This document shows, one piece after another, positions 54,589 through 64,000 of a stretch of DNA of 64,000 bases. The notes under the pieces were generated by a model. That model was not told the origin of the DNA. It saw only the letters and a program-made list of their open reading frames with translations, and did no database searches. Position 1 is the first letter of the stretch, and each line of letters begins with the position of its first letter. Made by a program: the position numbers and the translations under genes. The DNA comes from Camelus dromedarius (Eukaryota), in the NCBI RefSeq assembly GCF_036321535.1, contig NC_087437.1, forward strand, positions 18,664,001 through 18,728,000, given 5' to 3'.

Positions 54589-56884
54589 AGGTAAGTATTA
54601 AACTTAAACCACTCAGAACTCTGCAACTAAATGAAGATTAGAGTTTGAAACACAATTAATCTGAACCACTCTATCTGGTCAACTCCATAGTATGAAAGGA
54701 AAATCTATGTACAAACAATCCTGGAGTTGACACCCAACCTTACTATCTTTATCATCGCTCTTGTATGACATCTTCTCAGTATATTCTCTTTCCATTAATA
54801 GTATAAAGTAAATTATTGTATAATAAAATAAATATAAATATTGACAATAGTAGTTGTTGTCCAAGTCTAAATTATTTGTCTTTATAATATAACTCTATCA
54901 AAACTTACACAAATTTAAAAAAAAAAGTATGCAAGTAGTACAACATGAATTGACAATAGCCAACTGAATCAAAACCATATATTCAAAAGTCAACTTTCTT
55001 GCTTAGTAACTGAAGGGCTTTCTATGTCATATTCTGCAAAATTCTGTAAGACCCAGACTCGGCCAACCATAAAACGGAATTATTGTATCATGTCATTAAA
55101 ACTGGAAACAACAAATGACAAAAAGAAAATACACATATCAACATATAAACTGTATAAAACAAGCATATAAAATATGCATACAACAAACACTATGAACACC
55201 ATGGCTTGCATTTCCATGAATAAGACATTTATTTTACATCATGTTTTCCTTTTTGAACTTAGCTTTTATGCAAGGAAACCACTAAGACTCTAGGGAGGTA
55301 AGTTCAGGCATGCAGTTTCTACAGACAGGCTGAAGGCCTGCTCACAGGAAACTGGGAAGGTTCTATGCAGCTAGATGATAAAATCGAGATGGCTGAAGTT
55401 TGCCAAGTTAGCCATCTGTCAAAACCACAGACACTCCATTTCTCAACAACTTCAGGAGCTGTACAAACACTGGTGAAAAGGCAACTAGCCGAAAAATGGG
55501 CTATGCAAACAGGAACTTTCTGAAGTATTTCAAATTTGAATTTCTTCCATGTTTGTACAGTTGCAAATTTTCGGGCCCTAGGACTAATTACGTTGATACC
55601 CATTTCCTGGACAGTGTCCTTAATACCCATATGGCCATAAGTCAAACACTTTAAGTGTTTCAACACCTTGTCACACTGTAAGTTTACAGTGATAACAAGA
55701 ACTGCCATGTAAAGGGTACAGTCTTGCCCTTGCTGTTCATCAGTCAAGAAAAAGTAAGAATGTGATCATACATATGCCATATGTTTGCTGTTATAAAAGT
55801 CAAACTGAGGTTTCCAGAGAACCAGGAAAATGTTCAGTGTAGTCTGATCATATGAATGAGGTCAAAGAAGTTGGGACTTTATCAAGAGGGGTCTTAATTC
55901 TTGTGCAATGAAAATTACTGCAGGGATTTTAAAAAGGGAATATATCTATATTTTAAAAAGATCACTTTATCTGCTGTGTAGAGAATGGAGGGTGTGTGTG
56001 TGTGTGCAGATGCATATGCAAACGAATGGAGACAAAGGGGCACAATTAAGGACGTTGATGAAGATGTCCAGGTAAAAAAGGATAATGGGTTGAAGTACAT
56101 GGGATGGTGGCCATGAACCCAAGAGACATTGATATGTATGAAATATATTTAAAAGGACTATAAAATTAAGGGGACTAACAGTATCTATCTCATAGTGTTG
56201 TGAAGAATAAATGGTCCATAAAAAGTGGTGAATAAATGTTAGCTATATCACTATCACTGAAGAGCTTTCCAAAAAGGAGGGATCAGATATAGTTGTTTTA
56301 ACATGAATAAAAAACCACAAATACTAAAATCATTTATGAAAACCTATGGTAGTTCCTCTGGCAATGCAAGTAAGTTAGAAAAGTGCAGTGAAACTGGAAA
56401 TTACTACAGAGATCTGATGTAAAAATAGGGTGTGATACCAGAGAGGTACAGGAATGAACAGAAGGTTAGAAGTGGAGAAACAAATAGTCCTCAAGTGAGA
56501 AAGAAGACGTTAGAAAAGATAAAAAGGTAGCAGAGTCTCTGCCATGAGGAAAATACAAAGTACCAAAAAGCAAGGTCTGGGAGAGAAAATGTAATATTAC
56601 AGAAAAGTTAGGTGGATTGAATATACTGATTTTAGATTATATCATCTAGATGAAACTACCCTGCTAATATCTACAGCTGACATACTGTGATACGTACAGT
56701 CATATATAGCTTATGGTCTATGTTTATACAGTGACAATAATAAACACCTAAGGAGTAAACCTTCAGGACTCATTTCCCTAAGATGCACTCATAGATCAAG
56801 ACACACTGAAAAGTTGATAAATCCCCCAAATTCTTCCATCAGTGCTGAATGATGCCTACGAATCCTACTAGATCAGACTGAAAT

Positions 56885-58272
56885 TGACTTTCCCTTGGCC
56901 TCCCCAAAGGGACCTACGGCCTTTCACCATGGTACTGGGGGAAAGGAAATAATCAGATCTTTGAGGGACCAGTGAACACTAGCTCTAAACTGACACTAAT
57001 TCCCAGAGGCCCAAAATGTCACTGAGGTTCACCAGAGTAGGGGCTTATGATAGTCAAGTTAATGATGGAGTTTTAGCATAGATCTGTCTCACAGTGGGCC
57101 CAGTGGGTTGCAAACCTTGCAGTTATTTCTTCAGTTCGGGAAGGCATAATTGAAACAGATATATTCAGAAGCTGACAGAATCCCCATGGTGGTTCTCTGA
57201 CCTGTGGATTGAGGGCTATTACAGTGGGAAAGGCCAAATGGTTTATTACAACTGCCTCTACCTAAGAAAATAGTAAATGAGTTCCTGGGGTGACTGCACA
57301 TATTAGTGTCATCATCAAGGACTTTAAAGATGCAGGGGTGGTGACTCCCATCACATCCTCATTCATCTTGCCTATTTGGCCTGTGCAAAAGATAGATGGA
57401 TCTTAGAGAATTACAATGGATTATCATAACATTGACTAGGCAGTATATCAGATGCAGTTTCACTGCTTAAGCAAAGTAACATACCCCTTGGTATCTGATA
57501 TGTAACTACTGATCTGGTAAATACTTTTTTCCCATACGTGTCAATAAGGATCATCACTAGCCATCTGCTTAAGTTAGCAAAGCCAACAATACACTTTCAA
57601 TGTCCTAACTGAAGGGTGTATCAATGCTCCAGGTCCATGTCATAATTTAGTTTAAAGGGATCCTGACTGCCTTTCAATAAGATTATTAGGCTGGTCCGTT
57701 ACAGTGATAAAATTATGCTGACTAAACCAAGTTATTAAGAAGTAGCAACTACTCTAGATTTAAAGAAATTTGTATGTGAGAAGGTGGGAAATAAATCTGA
57801 CAAAAGTTTGAGGCCTTCAATCTCAAGTGAAACTTCTAGGGCTCAACTCATATGGTGTACGCCAAGAGAGCCCTTCTAAGGTGAAGAATAATTTGTTGCT
57901 TAGGCCTCTCTTACAACCAGAAATAAGGCACAACATCTAGTGGGCCTCTCTGGATTTTGGAGGCAACAGATTCCCCATGTGGGTATGTACTATGGCCTAT
58001 TTACTGAGTGATCTAGCACCCGAAAAGGTGGTGGTTTTGACTGAGGTCCAGAACAAGAAAGGCCTCTACAGCAGGTCCCAACTGCCATGCAAACTGTAAT
58101 CACATGATCCAGAATATCTAATGGTGCTTGAACTGTCAGTGACAGATAGGGATGCTATTTGGAGCCTTTGGCAGGCTCCCATAGGTGAATCATAGCACAG
58201 GTCCTTAGAATTTGGGGAAAGACAAACAAAAATTAACAAATACCTACTATTGCCTGCTGAACATTACTCTCT
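56885..58272 (+). mobile_element. ERV-L internal fragment (protease-RT), decayed
   Basis: Piecewise translation resembles HERV-L/MERV-L pol: WGKGNNQ.., LTVGPVG, IKDFKDAGVV.P..S.F..PIWPVQK.DGS, and a degenerate YxDD (LVRYSDKIML, ~57691-57720). No LTR adjacent. Confidence 0.85.
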
Positions 58273-59494
58273 TGTGTTAGGTTAGATGATACTCAATTCA
58301 GGAAAAGTTACTGCTAGAGAACAAGAGCATAGTGTTGCTATCTGTCAATGAAGGATTCCAGCATGAGGAAGCTAATACAGGGCTGCTTTACTTTGATGGC
58401 AGAACTGCTCTCCACTCATCCTTCAGAGGACCAAGAAACCACCAGTAAACCAAGCCTGGGCCATGGTTATGCTTTCTCATTTGCAAGAAAGCAATTTAAA
58501 AACCATTACTATTTGCAATTACTTAGCTGTATAAATCAAGATTATCTCCAAAACAAAATACACAAATAACTGGGAACTGAGACGACTGTCAACAATAAAC
58601 CCAGCAAAATCCTGTGTTTAGTAAAACAGCTTCATGTTTCTATTTAATGGCTTATGTTTTACTTTAGCTTCAGAAATACATTTATGGTGACAAAATCACA
58701 TTATTGTCTATTTTATATAATGGATCTATCTTTAACTTTTGATTTAAAAAAGAAAGTTGTACTGCTAAAAAGGTTTGAAAACTCCCAGTATAATAAAGAG
58801 ATTTAGTTTTATAGCTGGACAGATCTAAGATTGAAACTTACTCCTTCACTAATTTGTGGGGTTTTAGGCTTAAGTAACTTAATTTCTTGGAGCCTTGGTC
58901 TTTCGCCTTGTCAAATCCAGACAGTGTTGTGGCACATTATTAGGAGAGTGAAGTAACATGCTTAAAATACTTGGTATGGTTACTGGTATAAAGTAAGCAT
59001 TTAATATCTGACCTATTAATATCACTAATATCTCAACATCTGCAATGATTAGAAAATGAAGGCTTAGGAAGATGTGGCAGAGTATCACAATCTCAGGCAG
59101 GTATGTATAGTTTGAAAAAACACCTTGAGGATTCTGCACTCCAGAAGCTGTTAACACCAACGGACTTAGGTGTCAAAATATCTCAGTTTGAAACAAATGG
59201 CAGAGCATGTAAACATAAATATTACTGGAAAGAGTAACTCAGGGATAAGAAAAAAGAGTGTCTAAGGATTTCATAACCTTTGTTACCATCAAACCCATTG
59301 TTAAACATGTTTAAATAGGTATTTCCTACTGAAATTTAAGGCACAGTATTAATATAGATACTATGAGGAATCCTGGCTAATTTTTCAGCTAGCATTCAAT
59401 TAATACTCTTCTGTTAAAATTAGTTAAACTTCATTTCTTGGCTTAAATTTTGGTTAAAAAATGTAGTAACTGGGTTCAGTTACTGAAACTTCTA

Positions 59495-59701
<207 letters not shown>

Positions 59702-60899
59702 TTAAATGGTTTTTCAAACACTTTAGATCACCTAATAAAAATACTGATTTCTTTATGCTATTATGAAACTAACTTATGATGCTAATCAAACGAAAGAACA
59801 CATCGTCTTGTGTGATGCACAAATTTCCAATTCTTTAAACACTGTAGTTCAAAAAGATACAAGATTTTATCATTAATTAATTGTTTATTCCAAGAAATTC
59901 AAGGTTTTCTCATTTTACTTGTTTTCTGGAGTGAAATGGTAATGTTACCAATTTAGAGACAATTAAGATGAAACATAGATCTGACTCCTACCACAATTGA
60001 CTAATCCCTCAATTAGGTTCTATTAGATTTTTTTCTCACACAAAGAATGGTGTACACATTTGAAAAAGGAAAGAATACCTTATTATGTTATTCCTTGAGG
60101 GATTTAAAAATAAAAAGATTGAAACTGATGAGAAAACAGAAGTTAAAAATAAGAAAGGAAAAACTCTATGAGTAATAAAGAAATCAAGATTCAGAAATAT
60201 AACCCTTAAAATTAATATCAAAGTACTGTAACAGCTTATTTTCATTAAGAAACTTAGCCACAAAAAAGAAAAGATATTTTCTTCTGTTAATGATTAGCTG
60301 CAATACTCTGAAGTCCAGATGAAAATATCAAAAAATGTCCAAGTACAGAGTCAGAAATAAGGAACTGAAAATCTTCCTAGGAAACAAAAGAACTTTAGTT
60401 CTCTTTCCTGATTTTATTCCTATGTAAAGCTGGTGAAATAAGGTTCATGTATTCCTGAAAATTACCTAGTTAGGAAGAAGTGAAAAATGAAGTTGCTGCT
60501 ATCACAGGAAAGCTTTAAAATCTTTATTTATGCAATAGTAGCAACAATGATACTACTTTCCACAACCTTCTGGAGGAAGTCTGTTTCTAGTCCAAGTGTA
60601 TTAAACATGGTAAGGACCCTTTACTGGAAAACAGCAATACATTATAATAATTATTAGCAGTGGAAATAATTATTATAATAAAAACAGTTATTATCTGACC
60701 TATCTGAATTACTTTGGCAAATCATGAAAATTAAGAGTCTGGCTATTAAAAAGTAGTAGAAGATACCAAGAAAGCATAAATGTTACAGATGGCTTAGAAA
60801 AACCTAAAGCACCTGCCTGTTTCGCTAAATTTCCTGTATTACGCTGATTAATATTTACAAAAGCACAAGGTGGACTCAACTTGAAATATAAAAGACTTA

Positions 60900-61106
<207 letters not shown>

Positions 61107-62867
61107 CTATCAAACTATCAAATACTAACTTACTGAAACACAACAGTTCTGGTGGGTCAAGCTTGTTACATGCTTACACTCACTGTTTCACTGTTATAGT
61201 AACACAAGAAAAGCTGAGGATTTCTGATGGGCAGGAGGGGGGTTGAAAAGGAGAAAAGAACAGATATATGGGACATTTGTATTAAATTAACTAGGTTGAT
61301 ATGGCAGACCAAAGTCACAATAAAATTAGGTAAGTTTTCTGATCATGCTGAAAAAGTTACATACTCAGTCAACCAACCAGTTTTTTAAAATACAAGTTCT
61401 ATCAGTACTTCAGCAATTTATTTTCCTTTCCTATTATTAGGGTTAAGTAATTTCTTCTTCCAGTTAATGAATGAACAATTAAAATCTTAACTTCAAATAG
61501 TTTGAAGGATAAGGAGTTTATAAGTGGGAAATGATTCACTGAGTTAATGTAACAAAATATTATAATTAAATGAGCTGAATTAATTAAGGTTGGGGTTCTC
61601 TATTTCATATCCATCTCTAAACCATTCACATGTAAACACACTCCCCATCAGGGTCAATTCCAGGAGTCAGTAAGATACGAATCCCAAGTCCTCTACTCAG
61701 TGACTGTCGTCTTAAGACAATAAATAGTTAAGATGCAGTCTAAAGCAGACTTGGGACTGAAATCTAGGATACTTTTTCCTGGACATACCAGGAAAAAACT
61801 TCATAACCAGAAAATTTAACATAGGACGCTGCATCAGAATTACCTATATGGAGCATGGGGATCATAGTAATCTCCTCCTAGGAATCAATACATTTAAGAA
61901 AAACACTTCAGCCCAAGGGGGCCCAAGTAGCCCCTCCCTCTCAGGTCTCCAATGCAAACTCAGGGAAACTGAGGAACAGCTGGTGGCCTCATTTCTTAAA
62001 ACTATCTATAAAACCTATAAAAGGTGTAAAAGATGGAAGTATAAAAATAGAAGAGGTTTCCTCTTTCCTTACATTTCATATTTCACTCCCCCCAAAATAG
62101 CCACTATTGAAGAGTTTGTGTAATTTCATTTGGATATCACACAATTTTAAACATGTATGGTTTATTTTAAAAAGAAAAAGAAAAAAAAAAAGGAGCACAG
62201 TACACCTAATTTTCTGGTAACTTCTGTTTCTTCAAATAGCTGTAAAGTATAACCCCTCATTTTGAAGCTAGAAAATGGATAAACCTGAAAATGCTCATTG
62301 TCTGAGACTGTTGCAATAATGACATTTCATCAAATAAATCCTACAGATTCTCACACATGTACTATCCAAAAGGGACTGTACAAGCATGTTCACTGCAGCA
62401 TTATTTACAATAGGGAAATCTGGAGAAAATTTAAACTGTTCCTCAGTACGGTAATGGAGTAGATAAGATATATCCCTATGACAGAACATTACACAGTAGT
62501 GAAAGGAATAAACTACATTTATACCTCACAGGAGAGACTGACCTCAAGAACCTAATGTTGAATTAAAAAAGGAAAATTAAAACAATGCATATGGCAACAC
62601 ATTTGGGTGATTTTTAAATGTACAATATTATCCAATATCTGTATTTTTATAAATATACAAATGTGGTTAAAAACAGAAAGATGTGGTATAGAAGGATATA
62701 CACCAAATTCATGGTAACAGTTGCCTCTGGGAAGTGAAAGTGTTCAGGGCTGGGTAAGGAAACTACAAGGACTTTAACTGTAACTTACTTGCTTTAAAAT
62801 AAAAACTTAAAAAAAAAAAGACAAATATTAATTTCTTAATTCTGGGTAGTGGACAGAAAAGAGTTTA

Positions 62868-63381
62868 ATATAGCAGCAAGCCTGACTGCTATCCTCTGAA
62901 AAAGCATTCTTACAAGGTTAGCCCTTGACTGGCATCAGGGAGCATAGATTTAGGAAGGCTTCCCACCACCCTAACACGTAAGAATGGCTTACTGTGCCTA
63001 AACAGTTTTAGCAAACAATACAGTTTATGCTCAACATCCATCTCCTTCTGGGAGTCTAGAATTTTGGTATATGTTAGGCAAAGGGAGCTTATGTGACCAG
63101 CCCACCCCCCCCAAAAAAAACCCTGGTCACTAAGTCTCTAATGAGCGTCCCTGGTAGACATTTCAGGTGTGTTGTTACAACTTGTTGCTGAGGGAATTAA
63201 GTGTGTTTAATGTGACTCCAAATTTTCTTCCTGGTTTCTTCCAGATTGTGCCCAATAAATCTTTCTCCTCTGCCATGCCAATCAATTCTGCTCTGTACCT
63301 TTTTGCTGTAATAAATCTTGTCAAGAGCGACTACATGCTGAGCCATGGAAACTGAGGGTGACTTGGGGACCACCAGATCCA
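62868..63381 (+). mobile_element. LTR, MER21-like (solo)
   Basis: Recalled MER21 blocks CTTCTGGGAGTCT.GAATTTTGGTA, TATGTGACCAGCCC, GTCTCTAATGAGC.TCCCTGGTAGAC, GTAATAAATC, TTGGGGAC. Boundaries approximate. Confidence 0.7.
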
Positions 63382-63497
63382 GTTTTTGTTTGTTTTTTGT
63401 TTTATAATACAGAGTAAACATGAGAGACTGAAGAGTGTGAGGGTGGAGGGAACAAATGCTTTGGACTGTGAAGCATTCCTAGCCTTTTCCTTTCTTA

Positions 63498-63806
<309 letters not shown>

Positions 63807-64000
63807 TTACAATTACTGAGGCTGCAAAAATCCATTCTTGTTAATATAGATTAATAAAGATTGTCGCTTTTGACATATTCTATAGATAAGCAAGTAAAAA
63901 AGCTATTATATACTTACATGGAAGTAGAATGACACACAGTATATGAATTCTACAATCATTAGCCATTTAATAATTATTTAAAGCAAAGAAAGGAGGGAAG

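Noticed and set aside
55319..55747. 142-aa minus-strand ORF in a PIK3CB intron
   Set aside because: Non-ATG start, no protein family I recognise, and no poly(A) or TSD; the flanking PIK3CB exons join in frame without it. BLASTX would settle it.

Overview
Mammalian genomic DNA, most likely camelid: it has five copies of a vic-1-like tRNA-derived SINE, and I saw no Alu, Bov-tA/BovB or PRE1. The window holds two convergent genes. (1) The complete FAIM gene on + has a CpG-island promoter at ~1.9-2.8 kb, a 59-nt FAIM-L cassette exon at 5860-5918 and four further coding exons, giving 606 nt = 201-aa FAIM-L and 179-aa FAIM-S from ATG 7316. (2) The last 11 coding exons of PIK3CB on - run 63701->33131 (480 aa, end of the helical domain plus the whole kinase domain), all GT-AG and phase-consistent. 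The rest is intron or intergenic DNA rich in L1, L2, MIR, hAT/Tigger MITEs, two LTRs and an ERV-L pol fragment. I see no new multi-gene system. The most notable local oddities are a SINE whose target-site duplication copied a PIK3CB splice donor, a MER41-like LTR just upstream of the FAIM promoter, an unidentified TSD-flanked retrocopy, an apparently disabled orthologue of the human FAIM isoform-a exon, and a 5S rRNA fragment. Repeat family names and cross-species comparisons come from recall, not from searches.
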